Shown one piece after another: positions 1-12,035 of a stretch of DNA of 32,000 nucleotides. A program made the translations under genes and the position numbers. This stretch comes from Deinococcus radiodurans R1 = ATCC 13939 = DSM 20539. GTDB lineage: Bacteria; Deinococcota; Deinococci; Deinococcales; Deinococcaceae. Each line of letters starts with the position of its first letter. Positions within the stretch are counted from its first letter, which is position 1. Below the pieces are notes generated by a model. The model was given only the letters and a program-made list of their open reading frames with translations, was not told the origin of the DNA and did not search any database. The DNA lies in NCBI RefSeq assembly GCF_000008565.1, contig NC_001263.1, forward strand, positions 825,776-857,775. The letters are read 5' to 3'.

Positions 1-459
1 GTACGGCGGGGTGGTCAGGGCGAGGCTGCTCAGGTTGCCGCCCTTGCTGGCGCCCGCGTCGGTGCTGCCGCTCTTAAAGCCCTGGGCGCGGCGCACCAGA
101 TCAGGCTCCACGTACTCCACCAGCGGGTTTTTCTCCAACTTGCTCAGCGCCTCGGGCGAGAGCTTGACCGCCGCCGCGCTGATCTCGGTCCACTGGCTGG
201 TCATCACGCCGCCTGCCGCCGTGATGGCCTGCGCCTGCACCGCCGCCTGCTCGCTCAGGCTCTGGCCCGTCATTCCTTGGGCGCTCAGCGCACCCTGCTT
301 GAAACCGACCAGGTAAGCCCCGGCAATCACTTCGTTGTCCGCGCCGGGCTGGCTGGTCGCCGGCTGGCCCGCAGTGGGGGCCGGCGTATGAAGCTGCTGA
401 CCGCAGGAAGCCAGGGTGAGGGCGAGGGTGGTGGCGAGCAGGGTGCGGGTGCGCTTCAT
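1..459 (-). CDS. subtilisin-like serine protease, N-terminal part (lipoprotein signal plus inhibitor-I9 propeptide); continues beyond the window start
   Basis: Own translation of the minus strand from ATG 459 (GGAGG 4 nt upstream): MKRTRTLLATTLALTLASCGQQ... with lipobox LASC, then AYLVGFKQG...LEKNPLVEYVEPD, typical of the I9 propeptide. The frame is open to position 1. It is not in the ORF track because no stop lies in the window. Confidence 0.7.
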   Translation of the reverse strand, partial: MKRTRTLLATTLALTLASCGQQLHTPAPTAGQPATSQPGADNEVIAGAYLVGFKQGALSAQGMTGQSLSEQAAVQAQAITAAGGVMTSQWTEISAAAVKLSPEALSKLEKNPLVEYVEPDLVRRAQGFKSGSTDAGASKGGNLSSLALTTPPY

Positions 460-744
460 GGGGCCTCCGGGGAAAAGGGAAAAAGAGTAACGGCCTACCC
501 ACGATGGGCAGGCGACGACTTTCTGTCAGGTCCTGAGAACCGACACCGAATTGAGCTTGGGCGGAATCCTAATGTCCCGCTTATGTTTCACCCACCAGGT
601 TCACTAGACAACTTTTGAACGGGTGCAAAACAATGGGTTTTCTCTCTCGGAGAGGCGTTTGGATCGGCCTGGAAAGGTCACAAAGTGAACAATTGGAATG
701 CTGTGCGGTTCCCTGCTGATGACAGCGGGCCGCTCACGAGTCGA

Positions 745-774
745 TAAAAAGCCCCCAGCTTCTGCGCCGGGGGC
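745..774 (-). terminator. rho-independent terminator downstream of the P5C dehydrogenase gene
   Basis: GCCCCC..GGGGGC stem at 751-774. On the minus strand it is followed by a TTTTT run (A-run 746-750 on plus), about 37 nt after the stop at 811. Confidence 0.6.
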
Positions 775-810
775 CAAATCTTTTATCCATCACCCATCAT
801 CTATCAACTG

Positions 811-2382
811 TCACCAGCGTTCCGTCACCGTCTTGAGCTGCATGAAGTTGCTCAGGTAATCCGGGCCGCCCGCCTTACTGTCCGTGCCGCTCATGTTGTA
901 GCCGCCGAAGGGCTGCACGCCCACGATGGCGCCGGTGATCTTGCGGTTGAAGTACAGGTTGCCCACTTCAAACTCGGCGCGGGCCTGCTCCAGCCGCTCG
1001 CGGGAGTTGCTGCACACGCCCCCCGTCAGCCCGTACTCGGTGGAGTTGGCGATGTCGAGCGCGTCTTGCCAGTCTTTGGCCCGCAGCACGGCGACCACTG
1101 GCCCGAAGATTTCTTCCTGCGCCAGACGGGAGTTCCGGTCTACGTCGCCCACGATGGTCGGCTGAATGTAGTAGCCCTGCTTGCCGTTCGCTTCGCCCGT
1201 GGCCTCGCCGCCCAGCAGCACTTTGCCTTCGCTGGGGGCCAGTTCCAGATAGCCCTTGATCTTGTTGAAGCTCATCTGGTTCACGACGGCGGTCACGTTG
1301 GCGTTTTCCTCGCCCGTCCCCATCTTGAGGGCTTTAGCCCGTTCCACGAAGCCGTTGACCACTTCGTCGTACACGCTGTCCACCACGATCAGGCGGCTCA
1401 TGGCGCTGCACTTCTGGCCGTTGAAGCCGAACGCGCCCTGCGTGGCGGCGGTAATGGCGTTTTCGATGTCGGCGGTTTCGTCCACGATCAGGCCGTCTTT
1501 GCCGCCGAGTTCCATGATCACGCGCTTGATCCACTTCTGGCCCGGCTGCACTTTGGCCGCCACCTCGTTGATGTGCAGGCCCACCGCACGGCTGCCGGTG
1601 AAGGTGATGAAGCGGGTTTTGGCGTGCGTGGTCAGGTATTCGCCCACTTCCTTGCCCACGCCGGGCAGGAATTGCAGCACGCCGGCCGGCAGCCCGGCCT
1701 CGCGCAGGATGTCCACCATGAACCCGGCGATCAGGCCCGCATCCTCGGCGGGTTTCACCACGACGCAGTTGCCCGCCACGATGGGCGCCGCCGCCATGCC
1801 CACGAAAATGGCGCAGGGGAAGTTCCAGGGGCTGATGCTGACGCCCACGCCCAGCGGAATGCTCATCAGGCCGTTTTCCTCGCCTTCAAACCACGTCGTT
1901 TCGCTGCTGCCAAAGCCCGCGTACTTCATGGCGCTGCGGGCGTAGTACTCCAGAAAGTCAATCGCTTCGGCCACTTCCACGTCGGCCTCAGCGTAGTTCT
2001 TGCCCACTTCGATGCTCATCAGGGCGCAGGCTTCCAGGCGGCGGCGCTTGAGGATGGCGGCGGCCTTCAGCAGAATGCGGGCGCGGGCGTCCATGTCCCA
2101 CTTCTTCCAGCTCTCGAAAGCTTTCCAGGCGCCTTGTAGAGCGTTTTCGGCGTCACCTATGGTCGCTTTGGCGGTGGTGCCCACCACTTCGGAGGTGTCG
2201 CAGGGGTTGATGCTCTGAATTTTCCCTTCGGTGTCCACTTCCTGCCCGTCGATAATCAGCGGGTAGTGCTTGCCAAGGAGTTCTTTCCGAACTTTGGCGA
2301 GGGCGGCCTGGTACGCCTGGACGTTTTCTTCTTTGGTGAAGTCGGTGAAAGGCTGGGGGCGGTAGTCCTGAACTTTAATCAT
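811..2382 (-). CDS. pruA: 1-pyrroline-5-carboxylate (L-glutamate gamma-semialdehyde) dehydrogenase, aldehyde dehydrogenase superfamily
   Basis: 523-aa ORF with ALDH hallmarks ([16 protein letters not shown] catalytic Cys, EEIFGPV). RBS AAAGGAG lies upstream of ATG 2382. It sits in a cluster with proline dehydrogenase. Confidence 0.92.
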   Translation of the reverse strand: MIKVQDYRPQPFTDFTKEENVQAYQAALAKVRKELLGKHYPLIIDGQEVDTEGKIQSINPCDTSEVVGTTAKATIGDAENALQGAWKAFESWKKWDMDARARILLKAAAILKRRRLEACALMSIEVGKNYAEADVEVAEAIDFLEYYARSAMKYAGFGSSETTWFEGEENGLMSIPLGVGVSISPWNFPCAIFVGMAAAPIVAGNCVVVKPAEDAGLIAGFMVDILREAGLPAGVLQFLPGVGKEVGEYLTTHAKTRFITFTGSRAVGLHINEVAAKVQPGQKWIKRVIMELGGKDGLIVDETADIENAITAATQGAFGFNGQKCSAMSRLIVVDSVYDEVVNGFVERAKALKMGTGEENANVTAVVNQMSFNKIKGYLELAPSEGKVLLGGEATGEANGKQGYYIQPTIVGDVDRNSRLAQEEIFGPVVAVLRAKDWQDALDIANSTEYGLTGGVCSNSRERLEQARAEFEVGNLYFNRKITGAIVGVQPFGGYNMSGTDSKAGGPDYLSNFMQLKTVTERW

Positions 2383-2394
2383 GGTGAGTCTCCT

Positions 2395-2816
2395 TTAAGA
2401 GGCGTGGAGTTCTACGAAGAGGACGCCGATACGGGATTTGTCTATCGCCAGCAGGCCAACGCCATGTGGTTTGTCGGTGCGGAGCAGGTCGAAGCGGGCA
2501 GAGGGACTGAAGATTTCTAGAAAGGCACAGGCGAGTTCTTTGCGACAGCGTTTGCGAGGATGTCGGTTGATGCCTGTTAGGGCGGAGTAAGCTCGCCGGG
2601 CGCCTACATCGGCACGGGAGACATAAGAGAGCTCACCATCGGGTGCATGGGCCTTCAGGCTCTCCTGCACGCCTTTTCCACCTCGGCGTGATGCTCCATG
2701 AGCCCCTGGCTTTGCATCGCGTACCCCCCGGAAGCGGCCCAAGCACGCGCTACAGGCCAAAAGACGGGATTGTTGGCATCCGGTTTGGCCGGGTAATCAT
2801 GACCGTAAAGCTTCAT
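2395..2816 (-). pseudogene. possible frameshifted small gene (two fragments, 2655..2816 and 2395..2760) between the proline dehydrogenase and P5C dehydrogenase genes
   Basis: ATG 2816 opens a 53-codon frame (MKLYGHDYPAKPDANNPVFWPVARAW...HHAEVEKA) that stops at 2655. The -1 frame stays open to TAA 2395, 13 nt before the pruA start. The region looks lower in GC than its flanks. I recognise no family. Confidence 0.3.
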
Positions 2817-2841
2817 GAATTGACTCGATGTCTACAACGAT

Positions 2842-3774
2842 TCAACCCTTCAACATCCCCTGCACCACAAACGCGGCGTTCCTCGGCGTTTCGGCAATGC
2901 GGCGGCTGAAGTACGCATACCAGTCGCGTCCGTAAGGCAAGTACACGCGCACGCGGTAGCCCTCGGCGGCGAGTTGTTTTTGCAGGTCGCGGCGAATGCC
3001 GTAGAGCATCTGGAATTCGAAGGCGTCCTTGCCGATGCCGTGCGCCAGCACAAACCGCTTCACGTCGTCGATGATGCGCTCGTCGTGGGTGGCGACGTTG
3101 GTGTAGTTGCCCGCCTTGAGGTGCTGAAACACCAGGCGGCGGTAGTTCTGGTCCACGTCGGCCTTGTCGGGGTAGGCGACGGTAGCCGGTTCGAGGTAAG
3201 CGCCCTTCACCATGCGGATGTTGGGCCGCAGGTCGTCCAGCGAGGCGCGGTCGCCCAGCGAGCGGTACAGGTAGCTTTGCAGCACGGTGCCCACATGCTC
3301 GGCGCCGAACTCGCCCACCAGCGTGCGGAACTGCTCCAGCGTCACGTCCACCCGCGTGTGGTCTTCCATATCTAGGCAGATGAAGCCGCCGTATTCCTTC
3401 GCCTTGGCAATGATGCGGCGGGCATTGGTCAGGCCGAGGTCTTCGCCGTTTTCATCCTTGCCCTGGCCCACGCTGCTCAGCTTGATGCTGACGTAAGGCT
3501 TGATGCCGGCAGCGTGCGCGGCCTCGATCAGCTTGATCACGTCGTCGGCAAACTCGGTGCATTTGGCCGGGCTGTCGATAAATTCGCCGAGCAGGTCAAG
3601 GTTCCCGGCGATGCCGTCACGCTCAAGTGCCTGCACGGCCTGGATAGCGCTTTCAATGCTTTCGCCGGCCACGAACCGTTCGGCGAGATTCCACATCTTC
3701 TGACGGGCGAGCTGTTCCACCTGCGGTCGCTCGGCGACGGTCAGGACGGCTTTGCGGTAAAGCTGGTCAATCAT
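2842..3774 (-). CDS. proline dehydrogenase (monofunctional PutA-like PRODH)
   Basis: Start chosen at ATG 3774 (AAGGAG 6 nt upstream) inside track ORF 2842..3933. The product [17 protein letters not shown]...GNLDLLGEF...MVKGAY...EFQMLYG matches the PRODH TIM-barrel family. Confidence 0.9.
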   Translation of the reverse strand: MIDQLYRKAVLTVAERPQVEQLARQKMWNLAERFVAGESIESAIQAVQALERDGIAGNLDLLGEFIDSPAKCTEFADDVIKLIEAAHAAGIKPYVSIKLSSVGQGKDENGEDLGLTNARRIIAKAKEYGGFICLDMEDHTRVDVTLEQFRTLVGEFGAEHVGTVLQSYLYRSLGDRASLDDLRPNIRMVKGAYLEPATVAYPDKADVDQNYRRLVFQHLKAGNYTNVATHDERIIDDVKRFVLAHGIGKDAFEFQMLYGIRRDLQKQLAAEGYRVRVYLPYGRDWYAYFSRRIAETPRNAAFVVQGMLKG

Positions 3775-3817
3775 GCGGGGCTCCTTGGAGAAGGGGAAAG
3801 AAAGGGGAGAAGTCAGG

Positions 3818-4534
3818 TCAGGGGTGAGAGACGAGGGCAGGCGATGGCGGGGCCGGGCCTGCGGCGTCCTGCTCGTCGGCCAGTTCCTCCAGCGCGAGTT
3901 CTGCCAGCACCAGCCCGCCAAAGGTCCGCACATGCAGCCGGGCGGCTTCCCGCGCCGCTGCGGAGTCGCGCCCCAGCACCGCGTCGAGCAGGGCGGCGTG
4001 CTGCGCGGCGGTTTCGGGGCGGGCGTTGTAGGTGCGGGTCCGGTGCTTGATGAGGGCCACCCGCTGCTCCAGGTTGCGGGCGAGGTCGGTCAGCGCGGCG
4101 TTGTGGGCAGCGTGGGTGATGGCGCGGTGAAAGGCGAGGTCCAGCCGGGTCTGTTCGCGGTAGTCCTCGCCCTGCACGGCGTTGAGGGCCCTCAGCGCGG
4201 CGCTCAGGGCATGGGCGTCGTCCGGGGTGTGCTGCGCGGCGGCGAGCGCGGCGGCTAAGCCGTCGAGTTCCTCGCGCACGGCGTAGGTGTCGCGGGCTTC
4301 GGCGGCACTCAGCAGCCGGACCCGTGCCCCCTTGTTGGCCTCAGCGACCAGCAGGCCGTCTTGCGTCAGCCGCATGATCGCCTCGCGGATAGGCGTGCGG
4401 CTCACCCCAAGGTGCTGCCCCAGTTCGACCTCACCCAGCCGCTCACCGGGCGCAATTTCGCCGTCCAGCACGGCGCGGCGCAGGTGCTGATACACACCTT
4501 CGCGCACGAGGCCGGGCCGCTGGAATTCGGTCAT
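3818..4534 (-). CDS. GntR-family transcriptional regulator (FadR/FCD C-terminal domain), probable regulator of the proline-utilisation genes
   Basis: Start at ATG 4534 inside track ORF 3818..4621. It has an N-terminal winged HTH ([30 protein letters not shown]) and a helical FCD-like C-terminus. It lies directly upstream of PRODH on the same strand. Confidence 0.88.
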   Translation of the reverse strand: MTEFQRPGLVREGVYQHLRRAVLDGEIAPGERLGEVELGQHLGVSRTPIREAIMRLTQDGLLVAEANKGARVRLLSAAEARDTYAVREELDGLAAALAAAQHTPDDAHALSAALRALNAVQGEDYREQTRLDLAFHRAITHAAHNAALTDLARNLEQRVALIKHRTRTYNARPETAAQHAALLDAVLGRDSAAAREAARLHVRTFGGLVLAELALEELADEQDAAGPAPPSPALVSHP

Positions 4535-4542
4535 GTGTGGAT

Positions 4543-4554
4543 ATTGTATACAAT
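4543..4554. promoter_or_regulatory. perfect 12-bp palindrome ATTGTATACAAT, a GntR-type operator candidate overlapping a TACAAT -10 box
   Basis: Read directly. It fits the GntR/FadR operator pattern (GT-N-AC core). On the minus strand its last 6 nt form TACAAT, 8 nt before the regulator ATG at 4534. Confidence 0.5.
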
Positions 4555-4598
4555 CTGCTGGCTGAAAAGCTGGACAAGCGGGTGTTCTCTCGGTGTAC

Positions 4599-5063
4599 TC
4601 AGTCCTCGCTTTCGCCGGCAATCCGCTCCGAGAGCCGACTCAGTGGCCCCAGCGTCAGCAAAAACAGCAGCGTCGCCCCGGTCGCCAGCACGTACAGGTG
4701 CAGCCCGCACGCCACGCCCACGGCAGCCGTCGCCAGCAGTCCGGCGGCGGTGGTCAGTCCCTTGGCCTGATGCCCGGCCTTGCTGGAAAAGATGGCGCCC
4801 GCTCCCAGAAAGCTCACGCCGCTGACCACCGCGCCCAACACCCCGATGAGGTCGAAGCGCACCTGATCGTCACGCCCGGCGAACGTGATGACGAGCGTCT
4901 CGCTCAGCACCATAAACAGCGCCGCGCTGACCCCGACCAGAATGTGAGTGCGCAGGCCCGCGCTGCGGTTGCGCTTCTCGCGTTCCCAGCCGATCAGCCC
5001 GCTCAGGACAAAGGCCGCGAGCAGGCCCTGCATCAGCTTCAATTCGTTGAGCGCCGACTCCAT
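4599..5063 (-). CDS. mgtC: MgtC/SapB family membrane protein
   Basis: 154-aa ORF. The [30 protein letters not shown] motif is diagnostic of the MgtC family. The product is multi-TM. Confidence 0.88.
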   Translation of the reverse strand: MESALNELKLMQGLLAAFVLSGLIGWEREKRNRSAGLRTHILVGVSAALFMVLSETLVITFAGRDDQVRFDLIGVLGAVVSGVSFLGAGAIFSSKAGHQAKGLTTAAGLLATAAVGVACGLHLYVLATGATLLFLLTLGPLSRLSERIAGESED

Positions 5064-5069
5064 CTGTTC

Positions 5070-5075
5070 AGGGTA
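5070..5075 (-). promoter_or_regulatory. -10 box TACCCT, 6 nt before the mgtC ATG (leaderless-type promoter)
   Basis: The reverse complement of 5064-5075 reads TACCCT GAACAG followed by ATG. Confidence 0.4.
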
Positions 5076-5111
5076 GTGGATGAGCCTGCGCCGTGGCCTC
5101 GGGCAAGAATC

Positions 5112-5525
5112 TTAGAGCCGGCGCCGGACTTCGGCTTGCAAACACCGGGGGCACACCCAGTCGTCGGGCGCCAGCTTGCGCGCGAGCTGCTCTCGTTTGT
5201 TCAGGCGGGAACGGTAGTCGAAAAAGCCCCAGACCGTGACCGCCACCAGTCCCAGGCCATTGACGAGCACAAATGTCAATTGGCTCGTGACGCGTCCGCC
5301 GATGGACAGGGCCAGCCCAAGCAGGCTGGGGCCGCTCGTCAGCGAGAGCAGCAGCAACGCGCCAAAAATGATGATGTGCCAGGGCAAGGTCCATTCGTCC
5401 GGCTGCCAGCGCGCCCAAACGCGCTCCGGGGTGGCCCGCACCCGGTCCCAGCGGCTCATCGGATAACGGCAACGCGGACAATCGCGCCATTCCAGCGCTG
5501 CCGGATCGTGCCCCAGGCGTCCCAT
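5112..5525 (-). CDS. hypothetical membrane protein with CPRC pairs at both termini flanking two TM helices
   Basis: 137-aa ORF with genome-typical G/C-ending codons. It carries CPRC near the N-terminus, two hydrophobic helices, and CPRC near the C-terminus. Confidence 0.7.
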   Translation of the reverse strand: MGRLGHDPAALEWRDCPRCRYPMSRWDRVRATPERVWARWQPDEWTLPWHIIIFGALLLLSLTSGPSLLGLALSIGGRVTSQLTFVLVNGLGLVAVTVWGFFDYRSRLNKREQLARKLAPDDWVCPRCLQAEVRRRL

Positions 5526-5680
5526 GCCCGCACTCTGCGCCGGGGCGACTGACAGTTTTATGCCACTGGCCGCCGGTCAGTCGCTTTGTACAGATTCCGC
5601 TTCATTCCAGCACAGTCGGAAAAGCGCCGCCTGTGCTTCCATACCGCAGAATCCGTATTTTTTCCTTCTCGCATCCGCTC

Positions 5681-5711
5681 GGATTGAATCCAGTTGTTCT
5701 GGATTCAATCG
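5681..5711. other. strong inverted repeat / hairpin GGATTGAATCCAG-TTGTT-CTGGATTCAATC
   Basis: 12-bp perfect stem (5682-5693 with 5699-5710) and a 5-nt loop, 10 nt downstream of the stop at 5721. There is no clear U-run. Confidence 0.5.
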
Positions 5712-5720
5712 GAATTTGTC

Positions 5721-6113
5721 TTACTCCGCGTAGATGTTTTCGATGGGGAAGATATGGTCGGCCAGCGCTTCAAGCCCACGCTCGCCGGCGCGTTGCTGGC
5801 AGCCTTCGGTGGGCGTGCACAGCGTCACGTAGCGGGTGCGGCGCGACCCGACGACCACGCGGTACATCTGCGCCTCGCTGCGGCTGCGGGTGTGGTGACA
5901 CAGGTCGCAGTGCAGGGCGGTGCTGCCCTTGGGGGCAATCGGCGTGAATTCGGCGAGCTGGTTGCCGTGTACGAGAGCCAGCCGCCCGTCGGCCACCGGG
6001 TAAAGCCCCAGGGTGGGCGGGGTGTTCAGCGGACGCTCGCCAAAGATTTCGCGGTACGACTCGGGAAACAGTTCGCGCAGCAGCTCGGCGGCGGTGTGGG
6101 CCTTCTCGCTCAT
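5721..6113 (-). CDS. small zinc-finger protein, likely FBP-domain (treble-clef CxxC...Cx5C) family
   Basis: 130-aa ORF with good codon bias and the motif HCDLCHH...LCTPTEGC. The family name is from memory of the FBP_C domain and is tentative. Confidence 0.7.
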   Translation of the reverse strand: MSEKAHTAAELLRELFPESYREIFGERPLNTPPTLGLYPVADGRLALVHGNQLAEFTPIAPKGSTALHCDLCHHTRSRSEAQMYRVVVGSRRTRYVTLCTPTEGCQQRAGERGLEALADHIFPIENIYAE

Positions 6114-6120
6114 CGGTCAA

Positions 6121-6126
6121 AGTGTA
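6121..6126 (-). promoter_or_regulatory. -10 box TACACT, 7 nt before ATG 6113 (leaderless-type)
   Basis: The reverse complement of 6114-6126 reads TACACT TTGACCG followed by ATG. Confidence 0.4.
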
Positions 6127-6289
6127 GGCGGCGCCGAGCTGGGCCATGGGCAACAAGGGTACAAACTCGGCCGTTGCTGAAGCTTCGGTGATGGGGTGGC
6201 TCACGGCACGCTTGCAGGGCTGTCTCGCCCGTTTTTGCTGAAGACGCGGCAGATGGAAGCGAGTCACAGACCCTCGGCGCCTCTTTCTC

Positions 6290-6295
6290 TAGACT
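6290..6295 (+). promoter_or_regulatory. -10 box TAGACT, 6 nt before the recO ATG (leaderless-type)
   Basis: Sequence reads tctcTAGACTcacgtcATG. Confidence 0.4.
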
Positions 6296-6301
6296 CACGT
6301 C

Positions 6302-7031
<730 letters not shown>

Positions 7032-7036
<5 letters not shown>

Positions 7037-7143
7037 AGCATTTGACAAAAGAATGGCCTTGCGCTGTTTGACCCTCTACCCAGGGGAGAGGGCCTGCCGA
7101 AGGCAGAGGTGAGGGGGTCTTTTTCTGTCAAATGCCCTGAGCA
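7032..7143. repeat. small non-coding MITE-like repeat (Deinococcus SNR type), copy A
   Basis: Terminal inverted repeats: GCTAGAGCATTTGACAAAAG at 7032-7051 and CTTTTTCTGTCAAATGCCCTGAGC at 7119-7142. Internal stem-loops are CCCTCT..AGAGGG and CCTGCC-GAA-GGCAG. The left terminus is nearly identical to that of copy B. Confidence 0.7.
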
Positions 7144-7204
7144 GCGGCTACGGCGCACCAACGATGAATGCGCTAGGGAGAGCTGAAAAAGGGCTTGGAC
7201 TTCT

Positions 7205-7603
7205 TCACGGCAGCACCACTCCCCGCGTTTTCAACTGGCAGACCTCAAATCCCGCGCTGAAACGTCGGCAGGTGGTGTCGGCGGAGAGGTCCGCGCCGTT
7301 GTTGTAGCCTCTGCCGCTTCCCATCTGAAGGCTGAGGACAAAGCCCTGTTTCCGCAGCCAGCCGTCCATTCGCCCGACGCGGCTGAGATAACGCCCGTCC
7401 AACCCCGCCGCCGGGCCGCTCACCTTCTGAGGCGTCAGCAACGCACGCGGCGCGGCGGCGTAGAGCTTCGCGGCGTCGGGTTCCTGCCGGGTCAGCAGCG
7501 CCCGGTCACTCGTCCAGAGGGCGAGCAGCGGCCAGCCCCAGCTGAGGAAGGCCAACACAAAGGCCCCCAGCAGCAGTGGGAGCCAGCGGCGGGGCGAGGT
7601 CAT
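7205..7603 (-). CDS. hypothetical protein with N-terminal signal/anchor
   Basis: 132-aa ORF with a hydrophobic N-terminus (WLPLLLGAFVLAFLSWGW). It lies 15 nt downstream of the esterase gene on the same strand. Confidence 0.65.
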   Translation of the reverse strand: MTSPRRWLPLLLGAFVLAFLSWGWPLLALWTSDRALLTRQEPDAAKLYAAAPRALLTPQKVSGPAAGLDGRYLSRVGRMDGWLRKQGFVLSLQMGSGRGYNNGADLSADTTCRRFSAGFEVCQLKTRGVVLP

Positions 7604-7618
7604 GGCCTCAGCATGCCG

Positions 7619-8524
7619 TCATTTCAGGCGGTTGGCGTCCACAAAACGGATGATTTCGGCCCGCGTGCCGCCCAGCCAGGTCAGGTTGCGCGCCACCGCG
7701 CCGATGATGGTGACGTGGTTCAGGCGCGGCAGCACCACGCGCTGCACCGGAATTCGGGCCTTTTGCAGCGCCGCTTCCATGTTCAGGGCGTTTTGCGGAG
7801 CGACCACGGAATCGTTGGCAGCCACGAGCAGCAGATGGGGCGGCGCGTCGGGGCGCACGTGGCGGTCGGGCATGATGTCGTCCGGGTTGCCGTTCTCGGG
7901 GAAGGCCACGCGGGTCTGGTACGCGCGGAAGTCGTAAGAGTACGGCCCGGCGATGCCGATGACGCCGCGAATGCTCGACACCGGCACGTTGACCTCGGCC
8001 AGCCAGCGCGCGTTGTCCACCAGTTCCACGGCGTTGAAACCGCCCGCCGAGTGCCCGCTGACAAACAGGTTGTTCGGGTTGCCGCCGAACTGCCCGGCGT
8101 GGTCGCGCAGCCACTTCAGCGCGGCGGCGCCGTCTTGCACGTAGCTGGGGTAGCGGTTTTGCGGCGCAAGGCGGTAATTCATCACCCCGACCACGTACCC
8201 GGCGCGGGCGAGCGACTCGCCGACGAAGGCGTGCCCCGACTTGTCGCCGCCCTGCCACGACCCGCCGTGAATGAAGAGGATGGTGGGTGCGCCCTGGGCG
8301 TTTTGCGGGGCGTACACGTCGAGTTTGTTGCGGGTGTCCGGGCCGTAGCTCTGGTTGAGCACGACCTTCAGGCCCCGCGTGGAATTGGTGGTGTTCACGG
8401 CGTTCTGGACCTTCTCGCCGGAGCACGAGCTCAGGACCAGGGTCAGGGCGGCGGCCCCGGCCCCCAGCAGGGCGAGGCGGCGTAGGGGCAAACGGCGGGC
8501 AGTTCGGCGGCTCATGGCGGCCAT
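7619..8524 (-). CDS. alpha/beta-hydrolase fold esterase/lipase, probable lipoprotein
   Basis: Start at ATG 8524 (or 8515) inside track ORF 7619..8983. It has the lipobox LSSC, the oxyanion motif HGGSW and the nucleophile elbow GHSAGG. Confidence 0.85.
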   Translation of the reverse strand: MAAMSRRTARRLPLRRLALLGAGAAALTLVLSSCSGEKVQNAVNTTNSTRGLKVVLNQSYGPDTRNKLDVYAPQNAQGAPTILFIHGGSWQGGDKSGHAFVGESLARAGYVVGVMNYRLAPQNRYPSYVQDGAAALKWLRDHAGQFGGNPNNLFVSGHSAGGFNAVELVDNARWLAEVNVPVSSIRGVIGIAGPYSYDFRAYQTRVAFPENGNPDDIMPDRHVRPDAPPHLLLVAANDSVVAPQNALNMEAALQKARIPVQRVVLPRLNHVTIIGAVARNLTWLGGTRAEIIRFVDANRLK

Positions 8525-8588
8525 GCTAGGTCGCCCGCTGCCCGGCAAGGGAGGTGAATCCCACCATGCATCTGGACAGGCGCCGAGT

Positions 8589-8737
8589 CTAGAGCATTTG
8601 ACAAAAAGATGGCACAGCTTTTTGCGAGCGGACTGGTACAGCTCGTAGAGAGCGAGTGCAAAACACGGAGCAGAACGAAGAATGTAGCGGGTGGCGGTGC
8701 TGTTCCGACGCACGCCTAATTCGCAGAACTGCTCTAA
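8589..8737. repeat. small non-coding MITE-like repeat, copy B (about 150 bp)
   Basis: It starts CTAGAGCATTTGACAAAAAGATGGC, like the copy A left end. It ends CAGAACTGCTCTAA, like the copy C right end. The termini CTAGAGCA and TGCTCTAA are inverted. Confidence 0.65.
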
Positions 8738-8759
8738 AGAAGCGCTCAGGAGCGGCGGC

Positions 8760-9500
8760 TCAAATGCTCCAGCCCCCGTCCACCAGCAGTTCCTGTCCGG
8801 TGATATACGCCGCCTCGTTCGTCGCCAGAAAGGCAATCGCGGAGGCCACTTCATCCGGCTCACCGAAGCGCCGCGCCGGAATCTTGGCCCGCAGTTTGTC
8901 GGCCTCGGCGGGGTCGGCGTGCAGCTTTTGCAGTCGCTCGGTGGCGGTGTAGCCAGGGGCGACGGTGTTGCAGGTGACGCCATCGGCGGCGACTTCGAGC
9001 GCCAGCGTCCGCAGGTGGTTGGTCACGGCGGCCCGCAGCGCGTTGCTCACGGGGAGGGTCAAGCTGGGCCGCCCGACGGTCAGGCTGGTGATGGCGATGA
9101 TGCGCCCCCAGCGCCGCTCGCGCATTCCCGGCAGCACGGCGTCCACCAGCCGGGCGGTGCTGAGGAAGGTGGTCTGAAAGCCCTGCTCCCACGCGGCCTC
9201 GGTGACTTCGCTCGGCAGCGAGGGGGGCGGCCCGCCCGCGTTGCTCACCAGAATGTCCACCTGCCCGGCGGCGTCTGCGGCGACCTTCACCCCTTCGGGT
9301 GTGCTCACGTCGGCCACCACCCACGCCGCGCCAATGTCCTCGGCGGCCCGGCGCAGCGTTTCCTCGCCCCGCGCCGCGAGCGTCACCTCGGCCCCCAGTT
9401 CGCGTAGCTGCCGCGCCGCCGCCAGGCCGATGCCTTTGCTGCCGCCCGTCACCAGGGCGCGTTTGCCGTCCAGCCGAAAGAGAGCACTGTGGGAAGTCAT
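8760..9500 (-). CDS. short-chain dehydrogenase/reductase (3-oxoacyl-ACP reductase-like)
   Basis: Start at ATG 9500 inside track ORF 8760..9560. It has the TGGSKGIG cofactor motif, the NAG motif, and a classical SDR length of 246 aa. Confidence 0.88.
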   Translation of the reverse strand: MTSHSALFRLDGKRALVTGGSKGIGLAAARQLRELGAEVTLAARGEETLRRAAEDIGAAWVVADVSTPEGVKVAADAAGQVDILVSNAGGPPPSLPSEVTEAAWEQGFQTTFLSTARLVDAVLPGMRERRWGRIIAITSLTVGRPSLTLPVSNALRAAVTNHLRTLALEVAADGVTCNTVAPGYTATERLQKLHADPAEADKLRAKIPARRFGEPDEVASAIAFLATNEAAYITGQELLVDGGWSI

Positions 9501-9506
9501 GCGGCA

Positions 9507-9512
9507 AGTGTA
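9507..9512 (-). promoter_or_regulatory. -10 box TACACT, 6 nt before ATG 9500 (leaderless-type)
   Basis: The reverse complement of 9498-9512 reads TACACT TGCCGC ATG. Confidence 0.4.
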
Positions 9513-9594
9513 GCGGTCTGGGGTTGAGCCCCTGGGCCGCCCGCCCACGCGCCTTGACACATTCCTCTGCCCCGGCGCCTATGCTGGCAGGGCT

Positions 9595-10434
<840 letters not shown>

Positions 10435-10449
10435 GCGCTGCACTGAGTT

Positions 10450-10486
10450 GCTCCCTTCCCACTGAACGTCGGAGGGGGCTTTCTTT
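10450..10486 (+). terminator. rho-independent terminator after ppgK
   Basis: GCTCCCTTC..GGAGGGGGC stem (9 bp, two G-U pairs) followed by TTTCTTTGCGCTTTT. Confidence 0.5.
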
Positions 10487-10522
10487 GCGCTTTTCTGCCG
10501 TCAGCCGTCATCATCGGGGCGC

Positions 10523-10528
10523 TAGCAT
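10523..10528 (+). promoter_or_regulatory. -10 box TAGCAT, 7 nt before ATG 10536 (leaderless-type)
   Basis: Sequence reads gcTAGCATcgaccccATG. Confidence 0.4.
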
Positions 10529-10535
10529 CGACCCC

Positions 10536-11741
<1,206 letters not shown>

Positions 11742-11796
11742 TACACTGTCTCGGTTAGCCCGCTACGCACAGTGACGTGGCAAAAGGAGTCAAAAG

Positions 11797-12018
<222 letters not shown>

Positions 12019-12035
12019 ACCGCAAGTTTTGCAAG

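Noticed and set aside
5068-5490. 140-aa ORF overlapping the CPRC membrane protein gene in another frame.
   Set aside because: It is a shadow frame. The 5112..5525 frame has the coherent TM and Cys architecture and the proper codon bias.
5630-5720. A tRNA-like T-arm resemblance (GGATTGAATCC versus GGTTCGAATCC).
   Set aside because: No acceptor stem, anticodon arm or CCA context can be drawn. The motif is part of a simple inverted repeat.
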